Positions 48,393 to 59,026 of a DNA stretch of 64,000 nt are shown here, in pieces. The notes under the pieces are model-generated. The model saw only the letters and a list, made by a program, of their open reading frames with translations. It had not been told where the DNA came from and searched no databases. Origin of the DNA: Salinispira sp. (GTDB lineage Bacteria; Spirochaetota; Spirochaetia; DSM-27196; Salinispiraceae); NCBI GenBank assembly GCA_965602015.1, contig OZ271918.1:3264001-3328000 (forward strand), in the 5' to 3' direction. Numbering within the stretch: position 1 is the stretch's first letter; every line of letters starts with the position of its first letter. Position numbers and translations under genes: made by a program.

Positions 48393-51300
48393 TCACCACT
48401 CTCTTATAAAGGCGCCGGAAATATCTTCCAGACCGATGTGTGCTTTGCGCTCGCTTCCCAACGCCAGATTGAGGGTTTTCCCTCCGCTGGTGCCGAGAAA
48501 ATGCAGTTCTTCTTTCACAAAGGCGGATTCAAGAGCCTCTCTGGTGTCTGCCTTGACAGCGAGGATAAATCGCCCGCCTCCTTCGGCAAACAGAATTTCG
48601 GATGCGCTGACCGGAGAAATCTCCCGGTCAGCCAGGCGCGAAATGTCGATATTCGCTCCGATTCTTCCGGCCAGGCAGCTTTCTGCCAGGGCGGTCAGCA
48701 GTCCTCCGTCTGATACATCGTGCACCATCTGGATTTCTCCTCGACCGATAAGCCCGTGGAGGGTGAGGTAACGGCGGCGGTTCGCCTCGAGGGTGATTTC
48801 CGGGCAGGGTCCGAGCTGGCGTCCCTCCAGCTTCTCGAAAAAGCTGCCGCCGGTTCTGGTCTCGACGGGTCCGAGCAGGTAGAGCAGAAGCCCCGCCTCA
48901 TAGATGCCCTGATCGGGAACCTTTGCGACATCGCCGACAATTCCCATCAGGCTGACCAGCAGTGTCGGCCGCACCGATACCTTTTTTCCGCCGAGAACCG
49001 CATCGTTTTTCATTGAATCCTTGCCGGAAATCAGGGGCAGATTGTAGGCCAGGCAGCTGTCCTGCAGACCGCGGTTCGCCCGGACGAGCTGGGCGAGTTT
49101 GTACTCTCCGTCAGGCGTATAATCCGAGCGGACCGGGTCGGGCCAGCAAAAATTATCCAGTCCGGACGCCCGGTCCGGATGCCCGCCCAGGGCGATGTGG
49201 GCCCGATACGCCTCATCGACGGCGTGGGCCGCCATCTGGTATGCGTCTTCATCGCTCATACGGGGGCAGATTCCGTGGGTCACGCTTATTCCCCTGGAGC
49301 TCTTCGGCACCGGGCGGAGCACCGCACCGTCGCTGGGGGCGTCGGCCCGGACGCCGGTGAAGGGTTTGACCACCGACTGACCCTGAACCTCATGGTCGTA
49401 TTGCCTCACCAGAGATTCCTTGGAGCGGATATTCGGTTCGCTCAGCAGCTCGAGAAGCCGTGTAGCGATAAACCCGGAGTCATTCCATCGTGCAGCGGCG
49501 GCGAGCCGGTATTGCCCGGCCTCGTCGCGGGGCCGGCGGTACCCGGCGGCCTCCCAGCGGGCTTGAAGCTTCATCCGGGGAACTCCGTCGTGGACGAACT
49601 CCAGGGGAAGCCGGCCAACCGGGGAATCGTTGTAAAAAAGCTCCACCAGACCGGTGTCGCGGAATTCACCCAAAACCGATGCCTCAACGCCCCGGCGGCG
49701 AGCCAGGTTCATAAACTCATCTAGGCGGCGCGGTTCAACGGCCAGGCTCATGCGTTCCTGGCTTTCGGATACCCAAATTTCCCAGGCTGCGAGTCCGCGG
49801 TATTTCAGCGGCGCCTTATCGAGATACACGGCGATTCCGTTAGAAAACTCCGCCATTTCCCCGAGACTGGATGACAGTCCGCCGGCTCCATTGTCGGTGA
49901 TTCCCCGATACAGGCCCGCGTCACGGGCTTCCTGAAGAAAATCCAGCATTTTGCGTTGGGTGATGGGGTCTCCGATCTGTACCGCGGAGGTGGGGGAGTC
50001 TTCATCCAGCGCCAGGGAGCTGAAGGTGGCACCGTGGATTCCGTCCTTGCCGATGCGGCCGCCGAGCATGACCGCCTTATCTCCGGGTTCGATGTGCTGA
50101 ATCCAGCTCTCCTCGCCATGTATGAATCGGGGCATGATGCCCCCGGTTCCGCAGAATACCAGGGGTTTGCCCAAATAGCTTTCATCGAAGAGAAATGCTC
50201 CGGCGACTGTGGGAATACCGCTCTGGTTCCCTCCGTCGATTATGCCTTCGTGCACTCCGTGCATTACGCTTCGGGGGTGAAGCAATCCCTCGGGAATATC
50301 GTTTGCGTCGGTATCCGGGTGTCCAAAGCACAGGACATTGGTATTAAATATCGGCCGGGCGCCCTTGCCGGTCCCCATGATATCGCGGTTTACGCCTACA
50401 ATGCCCGTTATTGCGCCGCCATAGGGGTCGAGGGCTGAGGGGCTGTTGTGGGTCTCGGCCTTGAAGCAGATTACATGATCATCGTCAAAATCAACGACTC
50501 CGCTGTCGTCGTGGAATACCGACCGCAAATCCTGCCGACCTTCGCTGAGTCGATCGGTTGTGGCTTTGATGTAGTTTTTGAATAATCCGTCAATTACGAC
50601 AGTATTTCCCTCACCATCGTCATAGGAAATCTCCGCCTGGAAAATTTTGTGCTTGCAGTGTTCGCTCCACGTCTGGGCCAGCATTTCCAGCTCCACATCG
50701 CAGATCCGGGAGTCGAGTCCGGCGCTTTTCCGGGAGTTCAGGAAATCCTTGTGACGAAACAGGTCGCGAATGGCCTTCATTTCCTCAAGATTCAGGGCGA
50801 GGAGCCGATCGCTGCTCAAAGTCAGTAGCTGACGGTCATCCATGACAGCAATATCGATCAGTTCGGTGTCGGGAACCGGGCTTTCATCGACGCCGGGGTA
50901 CAAAAGGGGAAACCCTGCCGCCGTGGCCCCGTCTGTGCGCCGGATGCTTAGGGACTGCTGAATAAGGGGATTAAACAGCCGATTTTTAATGCGGGAAATT
51001 GTCTCTTCATCGTCCGCCCCGGACCTAAGCGCGAAGGCAGCGAGGGTTGCGGTTTGCACGACGAGGGTATCGGGATTAATTCCTGATCTGCCCCGAAACT
51101 CCAGGAGTATGGCCTCCCGCGCGGTAATGGCGACCGGGTCGGTAACACCCGCCTTGTAGCCCGTCTCTACGGCAAAATTCCAGCCCGGGAGGGCATGACT
51201 GCCCCATTCGCCGAAAAGCAAACCCTGCTGGGAGCTACTGCTTATCACAGCGGTCTGCTGAGATACCGTGTCGCTGAACAGCTCGGCAACGGAGTCGAGC

Positions 51301-51446
51301 AGTTCAGGAGCATCGATATTGACGAGATAGACGTCGATTACCCTCACGCCGGAAATTCTGGAACGGAGGTCGTCCTCCAGGCCGGAGAGGGTCTTCGCGG
51401 CTTTGCCGTCGCCCAGCTCGGGGCGGTAGGAAATCTCAATGCGCAT
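48393..51446 (-). CDS. purL: FGAM synthase synthetase subunit with N-terminal PurS-like extension
   Basis: QTWSEHCKHK, KAETHNSPS, DGIHGATFSS, DNGAGG, SESQERM, ISGKDS. Confidence 0.95.
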   Translation of the reverse strand: MRIEISYRPELGDGKAAKTLSGLEDDLRSRISGVRVIDVYLVNIDAPELLDSVAELFSDTVSQQTAVISSSSQQGLLFGEWGSHALPGWNFAVETGYKAGVTDPVAITAREAILLEFRGRSGINPDTLVVQTATLAAFALRSGADDEETISRIKNRLFNPLIQQSLSIRRTDGATAAGFPLLYPGVDESPVPDTELIDIAVMDDRQLLTLSSDRLLALNLEEMKAIRDLFRHKDFLNSRKSAGLDSRICDVELEMLAQTWSEHCKHKIFQAEISYDDGEGNTVVIDGLFKNYIKATTDRLSEGRQDLRSVFHDDSGVVDFDDDHVICFKAETHNSPSALDPYGGAITGIVGVNRDIMGTGKGARPIFNTNVLCFGHPDTDANDIPEGLLHPRSVMHGVHEGIIDGGNQSGIPTVAGAFLFDESYLGKPLVFCGTGGIMPRFIHGEESWIQHIEPGDKAVMLGGRIGKDGIHGATFSSLALDEDSPTSAVQIGDPITQRKMLDFLQEARDAGLYRGITDNGAGGLSSSLGEMAEFSNGIAVYLDKAPLKYRGLAAWEIWVSESQERMSLAVEPRRLDEFMNLARRRGVEASVLGEFRDTGLVELFYNDSPVGRLPLEFVHDGVPRMKLQARWEAAGYRRPRDEAGQYRLAAAARWNDSGFIATRLLELLSEPNIRSKESLVRQYDHEVQGQSVVKPFTGVRADAPSDGAVLRPVPKSSRGISVTHGICPRMSDEDAYQMAAHAVDEAYRAHIALGGHPDRASGLDNFCWPDPVRSDYTPDGEYKLAQLVRANRGLQDSCLAYNLPLISGKDSMKNDAVLGGKKVSVRPTLLVSLMGIVGDVAKVPDQGIYEAGLLLYLLGPVETRTGGSFFEKLEGRQLGPCPEITLEANRRRYLTLHGLIGRGEIQMVHDVSDGGLLTALAESCLAGRIGANIDISRLADREISPVSASEILFAEGGGRFILAVKADTREALESAFVKEELHFLGTSGGKTLNLALGSERKAHIGLEDISGAFIREW

Positions 51447-51501
51447 GTTCGGTCCTTACTTTGCATCCGATGCCCCGGCGCGGACCGGAACGCCGGGTAA
51501 T

Positions 51502-52758
51502 TTACGTGACGGGAACTCCGGAAAAATCAAGGGTGGCGAAATAATCATCGTAGGTTTCGGCCCTGCGTATCTGTTTGAAGCTTCCGTCGGACCCGAGGAG
51601 GATCTCAGCAGACCGGAGCTTGCCGTTATAGTTAAAACCCATGGAATGACCGTGGGCGCCGCCGTCGTGGATAACCAGGAGATCTCCCACGGAAACCTCC
51701 GGAAGGCTCCGATCTATAGCGAATTTATCGTTGTTTTCGCAGAGCGAGCCGGTAACATCATAGGTTTTATCGCTCGGGGAGCCTTCCTTGCCCATTACGG
51801 TAATATGGTGATAGGCGCCGTACATGCCCGGACGCATGAGATTTGCCATCGATGCGTCGGTACCCAGGTATTCTTTGTAAATGTGTTTTTCGTGAATGAC
51901 CCGGGTCACCAAATATCCGTAGGGGCCGGTAATGACCCGTCCGTTCTCGGTGACAACTCTCAAGGGATCAAGGCCGGCCGGGACGATGAGTTCATGGTAG
52001 GCTTTTTTTATGCCCTGGGAAACCTTTTCAAGATCCACGGCCTGCTCGCCGGGCCGATAGGGGATTCCGATACCGCCGCCGAGATTAACAAATTCAATGC
52101 GAATTCCAAGCGTATCCTTGATTTCCACAGCCAGTTTAAAAAGCATGCTGGCGGTTTCCACGAAGTACGCCGGGTCCAGCTCGTTGCTGGCAACCATGGT
52201 ATGAAGGGCGAAGCGCTTGGCACCCGCCGCTTTGGCCTTCTCATATGCGGTAAAAAGCTGATCGCGGGTTAGACCGTATTTCGCTTCTTCCGGCGTGCCG
52301 ATTAACACGTTTCCGGACCTCAACGGCCCCGGATTATAGCGGAAACAGATAAGCTCGGGCATGCCGCAGTTTTCCTTCAGATAGTCAATGTGGCTGATAT
52401 CATCCAGATTGATTACCGCTCCCAAATCCTTCGCCTTCTGATATTCCGATGCCGGAGTATCATTCGAAGTGAACATTATTTGTTCGCCGCGAATTCCCAG
52501 TTTTTCCATGAGAATCAGCTCGGCCATTGAGGAACAGTCATAGCCCATCCCCTCGTCTCCGACAATCCGCAAGATGTGGGGATTGGGCAGCGCCTTGACG
52601 GCGAAGTGATTGGTAAAACCGCCGGGAACCCAGTCGAAGGCGGAATACATATACCGGGCATTTTCCCGGATAGCCGCTTCATCGTACACGTAAAACGGCG
52701 TGGGGTGATTCTTTATAATCTCCTCGAGGGTATCGAGGGTGAACGGCACATTTCGCAT
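51502..52758 (-). CDS. lysA: Diaminopimelate decarboxylase
   Basis: PTPFYVYDE, FAVKA (PLP Lys), NLGGG, ENGR, GSLCENND, MGFNYN. Confidence 0.93.
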   Translation of the reverse strand: MRNVPFTLDTLEEIIKNHPTPFYVYDEAAIRENARYMYSAFDWVPGGFTNHFAVKALPNPHILRIVGDEGMGYDCSSMAELILMEKLGIRGEQIMFTSNDTPASEYQKAKDLGAVINLDDISHIDYLKENCGMPELICFRYNPGPLRSGNVLIGTPEEAKYGLTRDQLFTAYEKAKAAGAKRFALHTMVASNELDPAYFVETASMLFKLAVEIKDTLGIRIEFVNLGGGIGIPYRPGEQAVDLEKVSQGIKKAYHELIVPAGLDPLRVVTENGRVITGPYGYLVTRVIHEKHIYKEYLGTDASMANLMRPGMYGAYHHITVMGKEGSPSDKTYDVTGSLCENNDKFAIDRSLPEVSVGDLLVIHDGGAHGHSMGFNYNGKLRSAEILLGSDGSFKQIRRAETYDDYFATLDFSGVPVT

Positions 52759-52824
52759 AGTACTCTCCTGCTCGTTGTGGTCCGCCGGGCGGACTGAGAT
52801 GCATTTTTCGATGCGGAAGTATTA

Positions 52825-52857
52825 CAGTAAACTACGGTTTACTGAGGCAATTGTCAA
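52825..52857 (-). promoter_or_regulatory. lysA promoter with overlapping inverted repeat
   Basis: TTGACA(52857-52852)-N17-TAGTTT; CAGTAAAC-tacg-GTTTACTG at 52825-52844. Confidence 0.55.
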
Positions 52858-52947
52858 TTCACCCGGAGCGATACATTCTTCGCAGGAAACGTCTTACGCA
52901 AGCAAATAATACCCGACAAAAAAAGTCATCTTTTTTTCCTAAATTAG

Positions 52948-52976
52948 TTGACGGTTTTACTCGGGATATATATATT
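52948..52976 (+). promoter_or_regulatory. Sigma70 promoter pointing into the intergenic region
   Basis: TTGACG-N17-TATATT preceded by A/T tracts. Confidence 0.6.
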
Positions 52977-52982
52977 CGAGTT

Positions 52983-53089
52983 TGTAAGTCTCCTAAGCGA
53001 ATATGGCGTCACTACCCCTTTGTGATTCCGTCCATTTCGTGGTTTCTGGTATGGCGCAGACGGCTTGGTACACCGTCTGCGTTTTTTTT
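52983..53089 (+). ncRNA. Candidate small regulatory RNA (about 105 nt)
   Basis: Bounded by a + strand promoter and a + strand terminator while both flanking genes are on -; no complete ORF inside. Confidence 0.5.
53055..53089 (+). terminator. Rho-independent terminator on + strand
   Basis: CGCAGACGG-cttggtaca-CCGTCTGCG-T8. Confidence 0.8.
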
Positions 53090-53099
53090 GCCCTCATAA

Positions 53100-53888
53100 T
53101 TACTCCGCGGAAAAATCAAATTCTTTTCGCAGGTATGCGACTACCGCGTCGTACAGGAATGCAGCGCCGCCTTCGCAGGCCTTTTCGTAGTAATCGCTGA
53201 ATCGCTGATCGTCAAGGTACATCCGCACCATGGACATATGGGCCTCCGGCGTGTACTGTTCCCACCAAAACTCGAGAAAGCGCCGGTGAAGATCGGCGCA
53301 GTGGTGGGCAGCTTCTCCCCGGGGATCACCGCTCGCCGCCGCGGCCTTCAGACTTTTGAGTACCTGATCAGACAGTATTTCGAAATCGGCGTATTCCTTG
53401 TCCGAGACGGACCTCAAGCGCATATTGGCGCTCTCCAGCGCCTGTTCGCCCCAGCGTCTTTTGACCTCTTCGCCAAAGGCGTCGGTATTCGCTTCTATTG
53501 TCTGTTCGATAAATCCCTTGAACTTGTCGCTGTTTTTCATAACTTCTCCTTTCTCTTCGCTTTTGATGCTCAACTCGACTGTTGCGAGTATTCTATTCAG
53601 GCGAGAAATCCGCTTCTGAATATCCTTTTTATGCCGTTTTAACTCATCAAGACGGGAAAAATCCGGCGACGTAATGAGCCCGCGTATGGCGTGCAGGTCC
53701 ATGTCCATCTCGCGGTAAAACAGAATGTGCTGTAATAGATCGGCTTCCCGCTGCCCATAAATGCGGTATCCCGACCGGTTTCGTCCGGCGGGCTTTAAAA
53801 GGCCGATTTGGTCGTAGTACCTCAGTGTTCTCACGCTCACACCGGCCGCAGCGGCAAGCTGGCTCACAGTCATTTCATCATTCATCAT
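53100..53888 (-). CDS. MerR family regulator, TipA/Mta type (TipAS domain)
   Basis: GVSVRTLRYYDQIGLL.P..R..SGYR.Y; C-terminal EVKRRWG, MYLDDQRF..YY. Confidence 0.93.
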   Translation of the reverse strand: MMNDEMTVSQLAAAAGVSVRTLRYYDQIGLLKPAGRNRSGYRIYGQREADLLQHILFYREMDMDLHAIRGLITSPDFSRLDELKRHKKDIQKRISRLNRILATVELSIKSEEKGEVMKNSDKFKGFIEQTIEANTDAFGEEVKRRWGEQALESANMRLRSVSDKEYADFEILSDQVLKSLKAAAASGDPRGEAAHHCADLHRRFLEFWWEQYTPEAHMSMVRMYLDDQRFSDYYEKACEGGAAFLYDAVVAYLRKEFDFSAE

Positions 53889-53895
53889 CTATTCG

Positions 53896-53926
53896 ATGAT
53901 AAAGGCTGACGTTGCGTAAGGGTCAA
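53896..53926 (-). promoter_or_regulatory. MerR-type promoter with 19-bp spacer and internal dyad
   Basis: TTGACC-cttacgcaacgtcagcctt-TATCAT; dyad CTTACG-caa-CGTCAG. Confidence 0.8.
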
Positions 53927-53996
53927 GAGGAAAAGAAATTTATTTCACATGCCGGCGAAGGCCGCCGAATCCGGCGCTTACCCGGCTATTTGCGGA

Positions 53997-54212
53997 CTAC
54001 TCAAGATATTTTGCCCCATGGAGATTCCCGATGGAATCCGCATACACCACCACCGGGGCTCCATCGTCATCAATAATGACGTCCACGGCGATTACCCGGT
54101 CCGACACGGCAAGATCCGGTCCTGCGGGACTCCATTGCCCGCCGGGGCTTCCGGGGTGGGACATCAGCTGAATGAGGTACTGGGAATCCACCGTTCTTAG
54201 TGCGATGACCAC
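53997..54212 (-). pseudogene. Possible gene remnant or small hypothetical protein
   Basis: 71-aa ORF without RBS that starts just after an in-frame TAA; looks like a terminal beta-propeller blade (IIDDDGAPVVVYAD). Confidence 0.3.
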
Positions 54213-54265
54213 ATAGACTTAATTACATATCACATGATAAGCACTATTAACTATCGCGAGGGGCA

Positions 54266-55756
<1,491 letters not shown>

Positions 55757-55815
55757 GAGGACTCCTGTTCCCGCGCAAAGGCGGTATGTAGTCCCCCGGC
55801 CAGAGCCGGGGGGAA

Positions 55816-57276
55816 TTACTCCTGATGCAGGTCGTGTCGGAGTACGGGCTTCCGGTTCGCCTGTACTTCATCAAGCCGGCTAAGAACCGTGGTGTAGGGA
55901 GCGTGGTGCAGATAGTCCGGGTCCTCTTCGGCTTTCTCAAGAATGCGGACAAGTGCCTGTGCGAATTCTTCGATTTCCTCGAAGCTTTCGCTTTCAGTCG
56001 GCTCGATCATCAGGGCTTCCTTGACCGTGAGGGGAAAGTACACGGTGGGTGAATGAAAACCCTCATCGAGCAGAGCCTTGGCAATATCCATGGTGCTCAC
56101 CAGGTCCTTTTTCGGATTCGTGGCCACGAACTCATGCATGCTTTTGGTGCCGTGAAAGGCCGGGAGTTTGTCCTTGAGTATATGGCGCAGGTAGTTCGCC
56201 TTCAAAACCGCCATTTCGCTATTTCTGCGCACCCCGTCCACGCCGTGGCCCGCAATGTATGCGTATGCCCGCAGCAGAATGCCGAAATTCCCGAAACCGG
56301 TCTTCATGCGTCCAATGGTATTTGAAGGGATAAAGGTTTCATAACGGCCTCCGGCCTCGGTAATAATGGGTCCCGGCAGGAACTCCTCCAGAACCGGCAC
56401 GCAACCCACCGGGCCGGCCCCAGGGCCTCCGCCGCCATGGGGAGTACCGAAGGTTTTATGAAGATTGAAGTGCATCACGTCAAAGCCCAACTCGGCCGGT
56501 TTGACGATTCCGGCGATGGCGTTGAAATTCGCGCCGTCGCCGTACATGAGTCCGCCGGATTCATGAACCAGCGAACAGATTTCCATCACATCTTCTTCAA
56601 ATATGCCCAGAGTATTCGGGTTGGTCAGCATCATTCCCGCCAGGTCAGGGCCGAGCAGGGCTTTGAGAGCCGTTAAATCGACCTTCCCGCTGGGATCGCT
56701 GGGAACGGTTTTTACCTCGAGCCCGCACATGGTGACCGTTGCGGGGTTTGTACCGTGGGCCGTATCGGGAACGATTACGTAGCGGCGGTGCACATCGCCT
56801 CGGGCCTCGTGGTACTTCCGGATCATCATGACACCGGTCAGCTCACCCTGGGCGCCCGCCGCGGGATTCAAACTCACTGCGGAGAAACCGCTCATCTGTG
56901 AGAGCAGGTGCTGCAGATTGTAGAGAATTTCAAGGCTTCCCTGGGCTTCGGCGCTGTCCTTGGGGTGTATGCCCGCAAAGGCGTCAATGGAAGCCATGGC
57001 GTCGTTTATCCGCGGGTTGTACTTCATAGTGCAGGATCCCAAGGGATACATGTTGCTGTCTATGGAATAATTCAGGCCCGCCAATCGCGTGAAGTGGCGC
57101 ACCACATAGAGTTCATTGTGCTGCGGGAGTTTCAGGGATCCCTCTCCGCTTTCCGGGCGGGCAATGGCTGACAGGGCTTCGGGGAGCTTGTCGTCCCCGT
57201 CCTCCGGATAGATGTACTGATTTGCCCGTGAGGTGTCGATGTTTTCCCACAGAAGGGGAACCAGTTTATCATTCAC
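55816..57276 (-). CDS. gcvPB: Glycine decarboxylase P-protein subunit 2
   Basis: [55 protein letters not shown]. Confidence 0.96.
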   Translation of the reverse strand: MNDKLVPLLWENIDTSRANQYIYPEDGDDKLPEALSAIARPESGEGSLKLPQHNELYVVRHFTRLAGLNYSIDSNMYPLGSCTMKYNPRINDAMASIDAFAGIHPKDSAEAQGSLEILYNLQHLLSQMSGFSAVSLNPAAGAQGELTGVMMIRKYHEARGDVHRRYVIVPDTAHGTNPATVTMCGLEVKTVPSDPSGKVDLTALKALLGPDLAGMMLTNPNTLGIFEEDVMEICSLVHESGGLMYGDGANFNAIAGIVKPAELGFDVMHFNLHKTFGTPHGGGGPGAGPVGCVPVLEEFLPGPIITEAGGRYETFIPSNTIGRMKTGFGNFGILLRAYAYIAGHGVDGVRRNSEMAVLKANYLRHILKDKLPAFHGTKSMHEFVATNPKKDLVSTMDIAKALLDEGFHSPTVYFPLTVKEALMIEPTESESFEEIEEFAQALVRILEKAEEDPDYLHHAPYTTVLSRLDEVQANRKPVLRHDLHQE

Positions 57277-58595
57277 GCCGCGCCTCCCCGGGCCGCAGTA
57301 TCGGCAATCAGTGTTACCAGATCATCGAGCTGGCCGCTCTTTTGCAGTTCAGTGGTGGAAATGAGAATACTGCGTTCATCAAGAGGAATTCCCGGGATTA
57401 TCCCCCGTTTTTTGCCCTCAGATAACAGCTTGTCCACAGGAAAATCACAATCGAGGGCAAACTCGCGGAAATGCACATCGGCCCGGCGGCCTATGTTCAC
57501 TCCGCCGATTTTACTCACCCTGTCCATCAGATAGTGAACATTGGATATGCAGCGCTTGGCCACTCTGGTGAGGCCGTCGCGGCCCAGAGCGGCCATGTAG
57601 ACAATAGCCCTCACCGCCATGAGCCCCTGATTCGTGCAGATGTTGCTGCTGGCTTTCTCCCGGCGAATGTGCTGCTCGCGGGTGCTCAGGGCCAGAACAA
57701 AGCCCCGTCGACCCTTGTCGTCCCGGGTTTCCCCCGCGAGCCGCCCGGGCATTTTGCGCAGCAGCCGGCCGCGGACAGCGAAAATGCCCAGGTACGGACC
57801 GCCGAAGTTTACCGGCAGTCCGAGAACCTGGCCCTCTCCGGTATACACATCGGCCCCCAAGGACCCGGGCGAGTTTATAACGCTCAAGAGCAGCGGATCA
57901 GCATGTATATGAAGCAGTATTCCCCTCCTGCTCAGCGAACGGGCGAAGTCGGCGATGTCGCCCACCCTTCCGAAGTAATCCGGAAGAAACAGGCTGACCG
58001 CCGCGCAGTCCTCAGGTACTTCAATATCTCCGTCGAAGAAATCCGCATAGGTGATTTCCGCGTCGGTAAATTGCATATAGGTAGTTAGCACTTCCCGGTA
58101 TTCCGGGTTGATTTCGCTGGCAATAAGAATACGCTTTCCGGCTTTGCTGTTGGATTCGTACATCATCCGGATGGCTTCGGCAAAGGCCGTCGCACCGTCA
58201 TAATGGGAAGCGTTCACGGTTTCCATGCCGGTGAGCTCCGCCAGATAGGTCTGATACTCAAAAAGGGTCTGCAGGGTCCCCTGAGAAACCTCGGCCTGGT
58301 ACGGCGTATAGGCTGTGGTGAAATTGCCCAGGGAACTGATGTAGTCCACGGCGGCGGGAATATAATGGTAATAGTGGCCGCCGCCGGAAAAGTTGGTCAT
58401 ACCGCTGAGGCCGGAATTCTTTGCCGCGAGGGCCGCAAAATGCTGACGAATGCTGCGCTCATCCATTCCATTCGGCAGGTTTATTTTCGGATAGCGAAGC
58501 GAATCGGGGATCTGTGAGAACAGGTCCCCCACTTCGCCGAGATTCAGGACGCCCAGTATTTCGTCGAACCGGGCCTCATTACCGCTAAAATTCAT
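57273..58595 (-). CDS. gcvPA: Glycine decarboxylase P-protein subunit 1
   Basis: TAYTPYQAEVSQGTLQ, NASHYDG, REQHIRREKASSNICTNQ. Confidence 0.96.
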   Translation of the reverse strand: MNFSGNEARFDEILGVLNLGEVGDLFSQIPDSLRYPKINLPNGMDERSIRQHFAALAAKNSGLSGMTNFSGGGHYYHYIPAAVDYISSLGNFTTAYTPYQAEVSQGTLQTLFEYQTYLAELTGMETVNASHYDGATAFAEAIRMMYESNSKAGKRILIASEINPEYREVLTTYMQFTDAEITYADFFDGDIEVPEDCAAVSLFLPDYFGRVGDIADFARSLSRRGILLHIHADPLLLSVINSPGSLGADVYTGEGQVLGLPVNFGGPYLGIFAVRGRLLRKMPGRLAGETRDDKGRRGFVLALSTREQHIRREKASSNICTNQGLMAVRAIVYMAALGRDGLTRVAKRCISNVHYLMDRVSKIGGVNIGRRADVHFREFALDCDFPVDKLLSEGKKRGIIPGIPLDERSILISTTELQKSGQLDDLVTLIADTAARGGAA

Positions 58596-58984
58596 TAATC
58601 ATCGAGCTCCGCTGCATATTTTTCATAGGCTGCGGCATCCATAAGATCATCCAGTTCTGCGAGATCCGACGCCTTTATTTTGATAATCCATCCCTTTCCA
58701 AAGGGATCTTCGTTGATGATTTCCGGGTTGTCCGAAAGCTCACCGTTGACTTCGGCGATTTCGCCGCTCACGGGAACAAAAACATCGCTAGCTGCCTTGA
58801 CGCTTTCGACCACTCCGAAGGAATCTCCCTGGGAAAACTCAGCGCCAACCTCGGGCATTTCAACGAAAACCACATCTCCCAGGCTGTCCTGGGCATAGTC
58901 CGATATACCGACGACAACGACGTCGCCGTCCTTTTTGGCCCACTCGTGGGATTTTTGATACTTTACTCCGGTATCGTATTTCAT
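58595..58984 (-). CDS. gcvH: Glycine cleavage H protein
   Basis: HEW, GISDYAQDSLGDVV, lipoyl-Lys motif VESVKAA. Confidence 0.97.
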   Translation of the reverse strand: MKYDTGVKYQKSHEWAKKDGDVVVVGISDYAQDSLGDVVFVEMPEVGAEFSQGDSFGVVESVKAASDVFVPVSGEIAEVNGELSDNPEIINEDPFGKGWIIKIKASDLAELDDLMDAAAYEKYAAELDD

Positions 58985-59026
58985 CTATTTCCTCCTGTGA
59001 TTTGCCAACAGCGGATGAGCTGACCG

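Noticed and set aside
52760..53099. Lysine riboswitch upstream of lysA
   Set aside because: No L-box consensus is recognisable, and a promoter lies only ~65 nt from the start.
53003..53200. 65-aa + strand ORF in the candidate sRNA region
   Set aside because: It has no SD and runs through a strong terminator into the antisense of merR.
55794..55812. Possible REP-like family (CCCCGGCC...GCCGGGG here and at 9477-9497)
   Set aside because: Only two short GC hairpins with different loops, both explained as gene-end stems.
55757..55815. SAH/SAM riboswitch before ahcY
   Set aside because: The gap is only 59 nt, with a simple GC hairpin and no recognisable aptamer consensus.
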